In this document: one piece after another, positions 51,172-62,555 of the stretch | Layout: the number at the start of each line of letters is the position of its first letter | How positions within the stretch are numbered: position 1 is the first letter of the stretch | NCBI GenBank assembly: GCA_963663965.2 | Contig: CAXXFK010000016.1 | Location: 1 to 64,000, forward strand | DNA length: 64,000 nt | Direction: 5' to 3' | From: Sedimentisphaerales bacterium | GTDB taxonomy: Bacteria; Planctomycetota; Phycisphaerae; Sedimentisphaerales; SM23-30 | The notes under the pieces: model-generated | What the model saw: only the letters and a program-made list of their open reading frames with translations | Told to the model about the DNA's origin: nothing | Databases searched by the model: none | Position numbers and translations under genes: made by a program

Positions 51172-51729
51172 CGAGTTACGCATACAATCGCCGACCGGTG
51201 GATTGAATGGATCGGCGGCCCGCAGGGCCAGTCTAACTCAGCCCAGGCAGAGGTCAGGCCGCACCGGCGGCCGGACCGGCACCCTGGGTTAAGGGATGTG
51301 TGCATTGTTTGTTTTGTTTTTCCAATCACGCCCTGCCAAGGGCAGTATAATAACGGAATCCGTTGACCAAAGAGTAAACAGTTATATTATATTGCCCCTG
51401 CGGGGTGAATATGGTAAAAACCGGTCATGGTCCCAAGGCGTTGCCCTCATAGGTTGAGGTATGCTGGCCCCGCCTGAGGCGGATCTTCGACCTGCGGGCC
51501 GGGGAAACGGTGCGCCGACCATTAACCCAGTCCCGTAGCCTGGACGGCCTTGGCCAGACTGTCCTGGCCTTTAAGCAAAGCGCAGCGAAGCTTATGGGGG
51601 GCAAGGTGACAAGCCAGAAAGACGAACCAATAAAACCAGTGATAACAAATAGAGCAATAATACCCTGATAGAAATTTACCAAACAATGAATCAAAATTCC
51701 AACCAGCCATAAAAACAAAGGAGCCCGAT

Positions 51730-52038
51730 ATGCCGCACCATCAACGAACCATCTTTTCGCTCTCCGCCGTGTTGATCCTGACCATTCTGACCCTGTTGCC
51801 CCGGCCGGCCGAGGGCGCCGACCGGATTGTGGACCAGTACGGCGAACCGGTCGGCCAGGCCGCCCTCCGGCTGGAAATTGCCCCGCCTGACGGCGGCGAG
51901 TCTCGCACCATCACCGTCACTACCGACCCCGCCGGCCAGTTCACCGCCGGCCCGCCCGGAACCACCTACCGCCTGACCGCCATCACCCGCAACGGCTACC
52001 GGCTGTTCGACGAGAACCCCGGCGGCCAGCATTTATGA
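51730..52038 (+). CDS. Small secreted protein, carboxypeptidase-regulatory-like fold
   Basis: AGGAG RBS, signal peptide, IVDQYGEPV..A and TTDPAGQF motifs. Confidence 0.5.
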   Translation: MPHHQRTIFSLSAVLILTILTLLPRPAEGADRIVDQYGEPVGQAALRLEIAPPDGGESRTITVTTDPAGQFTAGPPGTTYRLTAITRNGYRLFDENPGGQHL

Positions 52039-52808
52039 ATCACAGTAAATACTAGTTTAAAGACATTACCTTAAAGATCTCCTCCCATATTTCCCATAAC
52101 TCCCATTATTCCCAATCCCACCGCCATATTCACCATAACAAAATACATTTCAGTATCTTACACTCACATACGTCCCATCGGTCCCATTTGTCCCATATTT
52201 ATTCATAACGAAACTTAAATATATTTGTGTTTTTATTACACAATACTATATTATTTTTTTGACTATATTGCAACACCAGTCTATAATCCCAAAGTCGCCC
52301 CAATAGCCCCCGAACCCCCAGCGTGCCCCGCACCCAACCGGCCACGCCCGCAGAGCCCCTCTGCGCATTTTTTGGGGTAGGCTGTGTGCTGGGTGCCACC
52401 CTTCAAGCTTGTGGGTGGATTTGTTGCCTTGTGAACTCCAATATGAATTGGGCTTACCAAAAAATAAAACAACATCCGCCTCAAGGCGGATACAAATAAT
52501 ATCTCGGAGAGATCAAAAGCGCCTAGCCCGCCAATTCATTGGCGGGAATACCCGAATCCGAAACGTATATTTTTAACCCACGCCTCGCAGAGGCGTACCT
52601 GCAGGATATCTCGCAAAAGAGATAGATAAAACCAACATGAGCGCAGCGAATACCAAATTCAAAACGAACCCAACGATGATAATAATGGCCCTAACCCCAA
52701 CAACGAAATGAGCTTAACAAAAATAATAATTTCATCCGCCACTTGGCGGATACCACAATTTTGCATTTTAAATTCTAAATTTTAAATTTCTAAACAGGAG
52801 GTACTACC

Positions 52809-53648
52809 ATGTCATCTTCACTCAGAAGACTACGCGCCAACCGTCGTAACGCCCAGAAATCCACCGGCCCCAAAACCCCCGAGGGCAAGGCCATCTCATC
52901 CAGAAATGCCATCAAGCACGGCCTCAGCGGCCAGGACCCCGCCCACCTCATCGTCCCCGGCGAATCCGAACTCACCTACCTCGAGTTCCGCGCCGCACTG
53001 CTGCAAGACCTCAAACCCACCACCTACCTCCAGCGCCATATCGCCGACCAGATCGTCTCGGCCGCCTGGCGACTCGAACGGATCGGCCGCATCGAAGCCG
53101 AAATGATCGACGCCCGCGTCTATCAACTCCGGCTCACCAACGAAGAAATCCGCAAAGACACCGTCATCGATCAACCCTTCGCCCATTCCAGTATCTATCT
53201 TCCCCGCCACAACGAGGTCGGTACCGCCTTCACCCTCGAAGTCCCCGCCTTCAACTGCCTGGCCCGCTACGAAACCCACCTCAATAGAATCTTCCAGTCC
53301 AAACTCAAACTCCTGCAACAGTTGCAATTACAACAAAAACCAAACGAACCCAATGCCTACCCCCCCGAGTACCCTTACCCCGACTTACCCCGCGTCCACA
53401 TTCCCGACCCGCCCAGAATCCCCACGCACCCCAGCGAAGCCAAATTGGCCCCCGAATACATCAAAGACCGCCTGCCCGAATTGATGAAAGACCACAGCGT
53501 AACTGACGACCAGGTCTTCAGTTACGCCTGCAACCGCTACGAAGCCCTCAACACATTCGCCAACCAGAACGGCGAAGAAGCCCTCCACGCCCTCGGCATC
53601 CCCACCAAACCCCCGGCCGATATCCCCATCCAGGAGGTTAAGAAATAA
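52809..53648 (+). CDS. Uncharacterised protein with N-terminal ANRRNAQKSTGPKTPEGK...NAIKHGL motif
   Basis: AGGAGG RBS; WRLER and RYE motifs typical of this hypothetical family. Confidence 0.75.
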   Translation: MSSSLRRLRANRRNAQKSTGPKTPEGKAISSRNAIKHGLSGQDPAHLIVPGESELTYLEFRAALLQDLKPTTYLQRHIADQIVSAAWRLERIGRIEAEMIDARVYQLRLTNEEIRKDTVIDQPFAHSSIYLPRHNEVGTAFTLEVPAFNCLARYETHLNRIFQSKLKLLQQLQLQQKPNEPNAYPPEYPYPDLPRVHIPDPPRIPTHPSEAKLAPEYIKDRLPELMKDHSVTDDQVFSYACNRYEALNTFANQNGEEALHALGIPTKPPADIPIQEVKK

Positions 53649-53949
53649 ACTAACGCCAACCACCACAACCTGACAATCTAACCGCCGTCTTGAACAAAAA
53701 ACCAATTCGGCCCAATCCAGGTGCGCAACCCCTCTTTCCCAACCTCTGGACGCAGAAGGATATTATCCCTACAATAAGTCACAAACTTATCCCGTTATAA
53801 CTCTAAATCGTTTTACCATCATATAGGATAATGATCTTTTATAGCATAAAACCAATCGACCCCGGCTCATTAATCCTTTAAGCTTGCTTTACTGCCGGCC
53901 AACTTTGTCCCTTTAATCTGTATCTTCTAACCAGGAAAGGTGCCTGAAA

Positions 53950-56700
53950 ATGAATATCTCCAATCCGAGATCCCTGTCATACCTGATCACCGGCCTGATT
54001 CTTACCAGTATGTATAATATCGCCGCATCGGGCGCGTCCAATCTCGATACAGAACCAGCAACCCTGTGGTTTAACCAGCCCGCTAAATCATTTCATGAAT
54101 CATCGATCATCGGCAACGGCCGTCTCGGCGCCATGGACCTCGGCGGAATCGATCGGGATCGCATTGTTCTGAACGAATCTTCCATGTGGTCCGGCGGCCC
54201 CTACGAAGCCAACAATTACGATGCCTGGCAATGCCTCCCCGAAGTGCGCGCCCTGCTTTTTGCTGGCGATATCAAACAAGCCGGCGACATCCTCAACAAA
54301 AATTTCCGATACGCCGACGGCGTTAAAGGCTGGGGAGATGATAACCAGTTCGGTTGTTACCAGATTCTGGGCGACCTGACCCTCTATTTCGGCAATAGCT
54401 TTGATATCCAGTACACCTCACCCAGCGGCCACGCCATGGGCGACGGCAAGACCATCGATGGCTGCGTGGATAATAATTCCCAGACGAAATGGTGCGTAAA
54501 AGACGCCCGCCCTGCAGTCATCTGGCAGGCCGAGTTACCCAAACCCAGACGGGTCCGTTCCTATACCCTCACCAGTGCCGATGATGTACCGGTACGCGAT
54601 CCGCAGGAATGGATTCTCGAAGCATCCTCCGACGGTCAATCCTGGACCCTGCTGGACCGGCGCTCCTACGACAAACCATTCGATAACCGCTTCGAAACCA
54701 AACGTTTCGAAATCGCTCAACCCGGCGAATTCCGCTTCTATCGCTTCACCTTCACCCCGCGCGATTCCTACTTTCAAGTGGCCGAAATCAACCTGTCCGG
54801 CAGTCAAACCGATGAAACCACTACGGCTTCATCAGATTACCGCCGTGAATTAAACTTGATGACAGGAGTTGCCAAGACCACTTATACCCAAAATAATGTA
54901 ACCTTCACGCGTGAATTAATTGCCTCCCATCCCGACCAGGTGATCGCCCTTCGAGTCAAAGCCGATAAGCCCGGCGCCCTTGCCTTTACTGCCTCATTGT
55001 CGCGTAAAAAAGACGCCGCCATCCGGCTCGATGGTTCAATGCAGCTCATGGAAGGCCAGCTGCCTTTCAATAAACCCGGTGGCGGCGGCGAAGGCATTCG
55101 TTACCTGGCTATACTGGGAGTCAAAGTGTCCGGCGGCAAAGTCACTCCCACAGAAAAAGGCCTTCACATCGAAGGCGCTAACGAAGCCACACTGGTTGTT
55201 TCTGCCGGCACAAACATGTTCGAGCCTGAATATGCCACCATAACTCGCCGACGCCTGACTGCGGCTTTAAACCAGCCATTCACAACCCTGCAAAACAAAG
55301 CCATCGCCGACCACAATCGCTTTATGCAACGTTGCCAACTCACCCTGCCGGCTGGCCCTGATGCCTCATTGCCCATTACCGAACGTGTCCGCCTCAATGA
55401 AAAAAATCCCGATCCTTCCCTGGCAGCCCTGTATTTCCAGTTTGGCCGCTACCTCATGGTCTGCGGTTCCCGGCCCGACTCGCAACTTCCCACCAATTTG
55501 CAGGGGATCTGGGCCGAAGAGTATTCCACGCCCTGGCGCGGCGATTTTCACAGCAATATCAACCTTCAAATGAATTACTGGCCCGCGGAAGTCACCAATC
55601 TCTCAGACTGCCACGAGCCTTTGTTCCGATTTATCGAAGGCGTGACCCGTGAAGGCGCCAAAACCGCCAAAGCCTATTACCATGCCCCCGGCTGGATGGC
55701 CAACCATACCCAGAACCCCTGGTTTGAAACCGCCCCCAGCTACCTGCCCGCCTGTATCGGCCCCACCTGTGGTGCCTGGCTCGCCCAGCATCTCTGGACC
55801 CACTATCAGTTCACTCAGGACCAGGACTTTCTGCGTAACTGCTACCCGATTCTCAGAAGTGCCGCGGAATTCTGTTTGGCCGTTCTCGTCGAAGATCCCA
55901 AACAACACTGGTTGGTCACTTCCCCCTCCAACTCACCGGAAAATGCCTATATCTACACCGACAACAATGGCAAAAAACAAAGCACCGCTCTGTGTATTGG
56001 TGCCACCTACGATATCCAGATCATTCGCGGCCTGTTAACCTGCACTGCCGAAGCCGCCCGTATTCTCGGCCTGGATGCCGATTTCGCCGCGAAACTCGAT
56101 GCCACCCGCGCCAGACTCGCTCCCACCCGCGTCAACAGTGCCGGCCGCATCATGGAATGGCAGGAAGACTTCGAGGAGGCCGAAATTCATCACCGTCATT
56201 GTTCCCATCTCTGGGGCCTTTATCCCGGCGACGAAATTAATCCCAATAATCCCGAATTATTCCAGGGCGCCCGCCTCTCACTGGAACGGCGCGGCGATGC
56301 CTCCACCGGTTGGTCGATGGCCTGGAAAGCCAATTTCTGGGCGCGCCTCCACGACGGAGACCGTGCCGCCAAACTGCTGGCTATGCTGATCGGACGCGGT
56401 GCCGGTAATATGATGTGCCTTCACCCACCCTTCCAGATCGATGGCAATTTCGGTGGCTGTGCCGCGGTAGCCGAAATGCTCATCCAAAGCCATGATGGCG
56501 CTATCACCCTGTTGCCCGCACTGCCCGCCTCCTGGCCAGACGGAAAAGTCACCGGCCTGCGGGCCCGAGGCGGATTCACCGTCGATATCGAATGGAAAGA
56601 TTCCCAGGTCACCCATTACCGCATAGCGGCCCAATCGGCCCAACCCGTAACGGTTCGCGTCAACGGTAAATCTTCAACAATCAAAGCGGAAAAACTATAA
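53950..56700 (+). CDS. GH95 alpha-L-fucosidase-like enzyme with an inserted F5/8-type (discoidin/CBM32-like) domain
   Basis: [59 protein letters not shown]. Confidence 0.9.
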   Translation: MNISNPRSLSYLITGLILTSMYNIAASGASNLDTEPATLWFNQPAKSFHESSIIGNGRLGAMDLGGIDRDRIVLNESSMWSGGPYEANNYDAWQCLPEVRALLFAGDIKQAGDILNKNFRYADGVKGWGDDNQFGCYQILGDLTLYFGNSFDIQYTSPSGHAMGDGKTIDGCVDNNSQTKWCVKDARPAVIWQAELPKPRRVRSYTLTSADDVPVRDPQEWILEASSDGQSWTLLDRRSYDKPFDNRFETKRFEIAQPGEFRFYRFTFTPRDSYFQVAEINLSGSQTDETTTASSDYRRELNLMTGVAKTTYTQNNVTFTRELIASHPDQVIALRVKADKPGALAFTASLSRKKDAAIRLDGSMQLMEGQLPFNKPGGGGEGIRYLAILGVKVSGGKVTPTEKGLHIEGANEATLVVSAGTNMFEPEYATITRRRLTAALNQPFTTLQNKAIADHNRFMQRCQLTLPAGPDASLPITERVRLNEKNPDPSLAALYFQFGRYLMVCGSRPDSQLPTNLQGIWAEEYSTPWRGDFHSNINLQMNYWPAEVTNLSDCHEPLFRFIEGVTREGAKTAKAYYHAPGWMANHTQNPWFETAPSYLPACIGPTCGAWLAQHLWTHYQFTQDQDFLRNCYPILRSAAEFCLAVLVEDPKQHWLVTSPSNSPENAYIYTDNNGKKQSTALCIGATYDIQIIRGLLTCTAEAARILGLDADFAAKLDATRARLAPTRVNSAGRIMEWQEDFEEAEIHHRHCSHLWGLYPGDEINPNNPELFQGARLSLERRGDASTGWSMAWKANFWARLHDGDRAAKLLAMLIGRGAGNMMCLHPPFQIDGNFGGCAAVAEMLIQSHDGAITLLPALPASWPDGKVTGLRARGGFTVDIEWKDSQVTHYRIAAQSAQPVTVRVNGKSSTIKAEKL

Positions 56701-56742
56701 GTCCGCCCAGACCTGCAACGTTTCCTTGAAAACAGTACTTTA

Positions 56743-57015
56743 TTACGGCCGCCGGGGCAGTTCATACAATCCCTGGCCCACACTGCGAATTTTGCCCTGG
56801 CGCGCCAGTTCATTCCAGATTTCCTGCGGATACTGATTCGGCGGAGTCACCGCTGTCAATCCCCGCTCACCACCGCTTAGTGGACTGCGCCCCAGTGTAC
56901 TGTTATCATCCAGCCGTTGCAACTTAAGCCGTTTTTTGAACGCCGCGTACGCCCGCTTTAATTCTGCCGGATCAAAACCACCATTAGACGACTCATTTTG
57001 CGTTATATCTGTCAT
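56743..57015 (-). CDS. Small conserved hypothetical protein
   Basis: LKRAYAAFKKRLKLQRLDD...PPNQYP..W..L...G pattern; GGAG RBS. Confidence 0.6.
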   Translation of the reverse strand: MTDITQNESSNGGFDPAELKRAYAAFKKRLKLQRLDDNSTLGRSPLSGGERGLTAVTPPNQYPQEIWNELARQGKIRSVGQGLYELPRRP

Positions 57016-57144
57016 AACTAACTCCAGAATTTCAAGTTTATTAGCATGATACCTCAATTCTCACACTTTATGCATACCATAGTCGGGCCATCATAACTGA
57101 TACCACCATACTATTCAACTTGACGTCGGTTCACAACAGAAAAC

Positions 57145-58050
57145 TCATTTTCCCGCATGTTCCGATATACTTTTCCAGTTAACCGGTTCCAATACCTTTA
57201 GACTCGCTTCGACTCCTTTTGGCGCCACCATTCCAAATGAACCATTCTCATCTGCGATCCGAACCGCGTCGTGATAATAAATCCGTTTTCCTACCGCCAT
57301 CTCTTTCGCTTTTTTCCAGGTTCCTTTACTCGGATCTTTTAAATACCAGGCATATACCCCAAATTTAAGGTACGGCCCGACTTTATCATTAAAGCAATTC
57401 GGACCGGTCAGATTTAATACCATCTCGCCATCTTTCCAGATCTGGGTATAACCGTTCCCATCATAATTCCACTTAATGTGAAACACCCAATCCGTCCATT
57501 TCCCTTTTTCCACCCGCCCCAGATACTCGCGCGTACTGAAAAGATATTCACCTCGTTTAGAAACCGGTTTATCGTCGCCTCTTATCGAAACCTCCCACTT
57601 TTCTCCATCACTGGAAAGGGCAACAGGTGGATTCAAACCGGTTGTCCAGGTCTCACCGGGCACATTGTCAGGAGTTGAATGGAACTGGAAAACAATTTCT
57701 TCATAAGGCGATACCGATAATGATGCGTCTGGTAGTATACTGATTCCGTACCAGTATTCTTCCCCAATCAGATAATGCCTTAAACAGGGATGGTTTTTAC
57801 CCGATGCGACTTCTGACCGGAAATCGCCATCCTCTGTCAACGCCACTTCAAATCGGGCCGATGCCTCCCCTTCCCTGGCTACTTCATGGCTTATCCGGCC
57901 ATTATCGTTACCTGACCGCCCCCACCATTCTGCATCATACAGTGTCTGCTTGTTTTCAAATCCCTCTTCCAGCAGAAGCGGTACTGCCACTTCCAGCGGT
58001 TGGGAACACCCCATAACCAGTAATACCAACAAAACTGCACCAGTATGCAT
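57145..58050 (-). CDS. Polysaccharide lyase-like lipoprotein (heparin lyase I-like jelly-roll)
   Basis: Lipobox; RSEV, YWYG, FQFH, GKWTD, IWKDG, PYLKFGVY. Confidence 0.7.
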   Translation of the reverse strand: MHTGAVLLVLLVMGCSQPLEVAVPLLLEEGFENKQTLYDAEWWGRSGNDNGRISHEVAREGEASARFEVALTEDGDFRSEVASGKNHPCLRHYLIGEEYWYGISILPDASLSVSPYEEIVFQFHSTPDNVPGETWTTGLNPPVALSSDGEKWEVSIRGDDKPVSKRGEYLFSTREYLGRVEKGKWTDWVFHIKWNYDGNGYTQIWKDGEMVLNLTGPNCFNDKVGPYLKFGVYAWYLKDPSKGTWKKAKEMAVGKRIYYHDAVRIADENGSFGMVAPKGVEASLKVLEPVNWKSISEHAGK

Positions 58051-58131
58051 GACATCAATTCCTCACTAAGTAACTTTTACGGATTTATATCTGCATAACT
58101 GAATTCCTTAGAGAGTATTACAGATCGGATC

Positions 58132-59031
58132 TTATTCTTCCTCCAGATTTTCTGCGAACCAGATAATCTCAACATAATCATCCGTTTCATCCCCGGTACC
58201 ATTGTCATTCAATAGGGGCTTAATAAACATATCTTCCCGATAGAGTTCCTTGGTGATCCCTTTGATAAGGGCCGGATCTTTTTCCGGTGACTCAAAACCG
58301 ATTAATTTGGGAAAGACCACCGTGGCTTCATCATACAATTTTGCCTTGACTGACGCCATCGCCTGCAACGCGTTTTGGATACTGGAAACGCTGATTTCAG
58401 ATATAATGGGAAACGTATCGGTAATTTCCGGCCCGGAGATACCCAGGGTCTGTACCGTCAACCGCCCGCTGATCGCCTTGGAATCCGCCGCAATCGCCAG
58501 CGCCGGCAAGCCAGAGATATCTATTTTGTTTTCCAGCGCCTCAAATTCCGCCCTGACTCGCAAGCCCACCCCTAAATAGATGGGAATTCTTTCCGCAAAT
58601 GTCAATACACGATTGGGCTCGCAATAACAGGTGCGATATTCAATGTCAATATCCTTTGCTCCAGCAAAATATTTAATATAATCGGCAATCAACAGATATT
58701 TCCGCCCTTTAACCGATGATCCGCCCACTCTGGCGTTAATCGTGGCGGTTCCCTGAAAATCATCCAGGGCAATCCGAACGGTATCGGTATCCAGATCCCT
58801 TAACAACGCCTGCCGGAATAGCTCGGAGGTCAGATTCGCCGTCACCTCCTCCTCGCTATAATTCGATGCCACCCAGACTGTCATAGGATTCAATGGTTGA
58901 TAATAATATTGAGAACTGATCTTCAAATCCGCCCTTTTCTGACCACACCCAACCATTCCAATCAACACCATCAATATCATTCCCAACCGAAACCAGACAC
59001 ACTTGTGTGCATTAAAAGAATTCATACTCAT
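58132..59031 (-). CDS. Hypothetical lipoprotein
   Basis: AAGGAG RBS, lipobox MVGC, 299-aa ORF. Confidence 0.65.
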   Translation of the reverse strand: MSMNSFNAHKCVWFRLGMILMVLIGMVGCGQKRADLKISSQYYYQPLNPMTVWVASNYSEEEVTANLTSELFRQALLRDLDTDTVRIALDDFQGTATINARVGGSSVKGRKYLLIADYIKYFAGAKDIDIEYRTCYCEPNRVLTFAERIPIYLGVGLRVRAEFEALENKIDISGLPALAIAADSKAISGRLTVQTLGISGPEITDTFPIISEISVSSIQNALQAMASVKAKLYDEATVVFPKLIGFESPEKDPALIKGITKELYREDMFIKPLLNDNGTGDETDDYVEIIWFAENLEEE

Positions 59032-59439
59032 GACAATACTCCTTTTAAAAGACTACAAAAAAACATACCTTGAACTGGACTACCAGCATTTATTTAGGAA
59101 CGAATTGCCTGGCCTCTTTTTTTACCAGGTTCGATTATTCCAGGGTGTAAAATATATCTGATTGCGCAAACCATAATAATTGAGCCAATAACAATCCCTG
59201 AAATATTTATAGGAGTCCATTCCCATTCTTTTCAAAAAGATTTTTCCCAAAAAGAATATATTCTGCTAGATTCCGAACCTTATCCAGAGGATGGAAAGTG
59301 ATTGCTACTAAAAACTACCGATATCGCCTTTTGATCTGCCAAACTCAGGCTGAATACGATTATCCTGCCTGCTAATGCCTAATCAATACCCCTACAGCCA
59401 TAATAATGCGCTGTTTAATTCAAATAATCACCAAAAATA

Positions 59440-60237
59440 TCAATTAAACAGCAGAGTCTGCTGACCATCCTTGCCTTCAAAATGACAGGCAAATTTTCCC
59501 GGTTCAGGAAAGTCAAAATTAATCGGCTTCAGGACATCATTATAGTCAACCCAGAAAGTACCATTTTTACGCCAGTGATAATCACCGCCCAGCTTGATTT
59601 CCTGAGTATCCCCGGTGGCAGGCGCATAGGCGATCAACTTGAAATGGGTTTTGAAAACAACCAGGTCATTATAAGGGGACCACAGGATTTCCTGGTTATA
59701 ATCTACATCCTCCGGCAGTTTGGTAACAAAAGCCGGCTCTTCAAGTCCGGCCGTCTTGACGTAAAGATGGTGATTCGGCCCATCAATGGAAGGCATATCC
59801 ACAACATAAGCCTCATAACGGTCATCTGGCGAAAACTGACTCTGAACCACATTAGGCCCAAAAATGGCCATCCGGGCATGAGAAACCACAAAAGGAGTCA
59901 TCATAATCGCTGCGATCCCGCCAATTGCCAGAAACGGTGTCAGGCAGGCCGCCGGAATCAGGCATTTCAAAACCAGATTCTTTTTATCCGACACCCCCTT
60001 CAGTCGGCGCAAACCCGGTATCAGTAGCGCTATCGCGATAATGGCATAAAACGCCGACGACATCAGGCTCATCAGCAACGTCCCCGCAATAGCGCCTAAA
60101 TCGGCAAAATGTCGGCTATTGGTAAAATGAGTTAATAGAATATAGTTGGTCCCCAACCAGCCGAAAGCACAACAAAAACCAAAAAACAATAACCAGCCGG
60201 CACGTTTCGATTGCCCAGTGCTAACAGAATCGCCCAT
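59440..60237 (-). CDS. Hypothetical membrane protein (3 TM plus beta-rich C-terminal domain)
   Basis: AAGGAG RBS; hydrophobic N-terminal half; FSPDDRY/ILWSP propeller-like motifs. Confidence 0.6.
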   Translation of the reverse strand: MGDSVSTGQSKRAGWLLFFGFCCAFGWLGTNYILLTHFTNSRHFADLGAIAGTLLMSLMSSAFYAIIAIALLIPGLRRLKGVSDKKNLVLKCLIPAACLTPFLAIGGIAAIMMTPFVVSHARMAIFGPNVVQSQFSPDDRYEAYVVDMPSIDGPNHHLYVKTAGLEEPAFVTKLPEDVDYNQEILWSPYNDLVVFKTHFKLIAYAPATGDTQEIKLGGDYHWRKNGTFWVDYNDVLKPINFDFPEPGKFACHFEGKDGQQTLLFN

Positions 60238-60440
60238 GATTGTCTCCTTAATTCGTTCCATTTTAAATTCAATACTAATCAGGATACATCACTTTCCTGA
60301 TTATATACCAATTAAAGAGCAAATTCAACCCCCGATACCCATCAGCAATATCCTATAACTATTGGTTTTGCAAAATGTTACTAATTTATCCAGAAACTGC
60401 ATGGAAATATATTCCTCAGATTTAGACTTCACTCAGCGCT

Positions 60441-61685
60441 TTATTCGGTTGACACCGGTCGCTTTGAATCTAACATACCGGCAAACAGATCCCCTTCCGG
60501 CCAGGATGAAATCTCATGAACCACTTTGCCGATAACAGGATCGATCTGTCCAAAACCATCTCCCCGTTTATTGAAAAGGACCGCACAGTCAATCCCACTT
60601 TTCCATCGCGCCATAAAAGTAAACGTGCCCGGCAACGAGCCATTATGCCAGGTATTGCGAAACCCCTTGCCATAATCACGAACATCCCAACCGCAGGCAT
60701 AATAAGCATCACCCGCATGATAGGTTTTTGGATCAAGATTCTCCGGCAACGCAAACATCTGGTCTATCGATGCCGGATTAAGTACCGGACAGGTCTCTGG
60801 ATGGTCAAAAGCGCTGGCAAACCGGACTAACTCAACCGCAGATGCCAGCCATCCGCCGTGGGAGTCCATATTCTCGATATTCGAACCATGTGGAGATTCA
60901 CCATTGGTACCCTGATAACGAACTTCGCCCGGCGCGCGATCTTTGAGTTTGGTCCGCCCCAATCGCATGTGCTGAATACCAAGTGGATTAAGAATCTCAT
61001 TCGTGACATATTGACCATAGTCTATCCCCGTACGCGCTTCAATAATCCGTCCTAACAGGCAATACCCGAAATTACTGTAAGCATTGGTCGTACCAGGATC
61101 ATGCTGAAGCGGCTGCCCGGCCATAAACTTGATAATATCAGCAGTATTAATAGGTAGTTTAACTTTCAGTTCACGGGAAATCCGACGATCCTGAAACATC
61201 GGATCAAAGGCCTGATTTCGGTCCCAACCACCCAGATGCTGCAGCAAATGGCGAACCGTAATCTGCTTAAGTCGCGGATCAGATTGCTGACCTGACGGCG
61301 GGGTCATATCAATTATATCAGTCAGGTTATCATCCAGACTCAATTTACCTTGTTCAATCAGGTGAAATATGGCAACGGCAGTAATAGGCTTGGAAATACT
61401 GGCAATCCGAAACAGAGAATCAGGCCCAACTGGCTCATCTTTCGGATTACCCCACGTAAATCCTTTGGCATACATAAGCCGCCCCTGGTAAGTCACCGCC
61501 AGCGCGGCCGCCGGGATTTCATGCTGGACCATAAACTCTTTCATTGCCTGATCCAGATGACTCAAATCCTCCGATAACATCTGCCCGGAAGCATACCATT
61601 GCCGGTTTTCTGACGACTGCGAATACGAACAACCGGCCAGATATAAAATCAAACCCCAATTGATAAGTACAAAGAAATATCTCAT
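60441..61685 (-). CDS. Serine hydrolase, beta-lactamase class C-like lipoprotein
   Basis: Lipobox LAGC; FRIASISK (SxxK), LLQHLGG, YSN, HNGSLPG. Confidence 0.88.
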   Translation of the reverse strand: MRYFFVLINWGLILYLAGCSYSQSSENRQWYASGQMLSEDLSHLDQAMKEFMVQHEIPAAALAVTYQGRLMYAKGFTWGNPKDEPVGPDSLFRIASISKPITAVAIFHLIEQGKLSLDDNLTDIIDMTPPSGQQSDPRLKQITVRHLLQHLGGWDRNQAFDPMFQDRRISRELKVKLPINTADIIKFMAGQPLQHDPGTTNAYSNFGYCLLGRIIEARTGIDYGQYVTNEILNPLGIQHMRLGRTKLKDRAPGEVRYQGTNGESPHGSNIENMDSHGGWLASAVELVRFASAFDHPETCPVLNPASIDQMFALPENLDPKTYHAGDAYYACGWDVRDYGKGFRNTWHNGSLPGTFTFMARWKSGIDCAVLFNKRGDGFGQIDPVIGKVVHEISSWPEGDLFAGMLDSKRPVSTE

Positions 61686-61964
61686 ACTAAACTGCTCCTG
61701 AAACAACTGGACGGTAGAATGTCATCCAAAGACTCTATAATAATTTACGAAATAGTATAATAAACTATTGCATTTTAATACGATATGAAATTATTACCAA
61801 ATTTAATAAACAACGTGATATGAAAAAACTGGATAGTTATCACTAACAATCCAATAATTATGTAACATTACCTCTTATTCAGGGTATATATTAAAAGGTA
61901 ATCCATGTAATTTGTGAATCTTGTTAAGTATATCTTAAAAATATTTGATAATTGAACAATTACC

Positions 61965-62555
61965 ATGAACAACATTAAAAATATTTCCCACAAATGGATC
62001 TCTTTAAAATTCCAGCCAACAATCCCCCCACATATCAAGGCGGGATTTACCTTAATCGAATTGCTGGTAACAATTGTGATTATCGCCCTGCTGGTGGGTA
62101 TCATGATGCCGGCGTTGGGCCAGGCAAGGGTATCGGCACGCCGTAGTGTCTGTCGAGCCCAACTGCACGAAATTGCCACGGCATTTCGGGTTTATCTGAA
62201 TGAAAGTAATGATGTCCTGCCTATGGCCGCCCAGTTGCCTTCACTTGAGCCGGATATGCCCTCTATTGCGGAAGTCTTATTTAAAGAAGATAAAAGCCGC
62301 GAAGTGATGCATTGCCCGGCAGATAACGATCCGGATGAATGTTATTTCGATAAAGAAGGCACCAGCTACGAATATCCCGAACTATTGCGCGGTAAACGGG
62401 TGGATCGAAGCTTTCTCGGCAAACGCTGGACCCAGAACAATACACCCGTATTGTTCGATTTCAAAACGTTTCACAACAAACCCGGCCGGCCCGGCGCCAT
62501 GAATTTTTTATTTGCTGATGGCCATGTCGGTGAATTTGAAGGAAGTGATAGCTGA
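61965..62555 (+). CDS. Prepilin-type N-methylation protein with H-X9-DG-like C-terminal motif
   Basis: GFTLIELLVTIVIIALL, CPAD, FH...NFLFADGHV. Confidence 0.88.
   Translation: MNNIKNISHKWISLKFQPTIPPHIKAGFTLIELLVTIVIIALLVGIMMPALGQARVSARRSVCRAQLHEIATAFRVYLNESNDVLPMAAQLPSLEPDMPSIAEVLFKEDKSREVMHCPADNDPDECYFDKEGTSYEYPELLRGKRVDRSFLGKRWTQNNTPVLFDFKTFHNKPGRPGAMNFLFADGHVGEFEGSDS

Noticed and set aside
52050..52800. CRISPR array
   Set aside because: Repeats are 7-18 bp with no regular spacers, and there are no cas genes.
28138..60380. TAAC-N18-TTA dyads at 28138, 52136, 52692 and 60356
   Set aside because: Too few fixed bases in AT-rich spacers, so a few chance hits are expected. The spacing does not match dif.
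60441..61685. Antibiotic-resistance beta-lactamase
   Set aside because: The motifs fit the broad esterase/peptidase serine hydrolase group; nothing specifically indicates AmpC.
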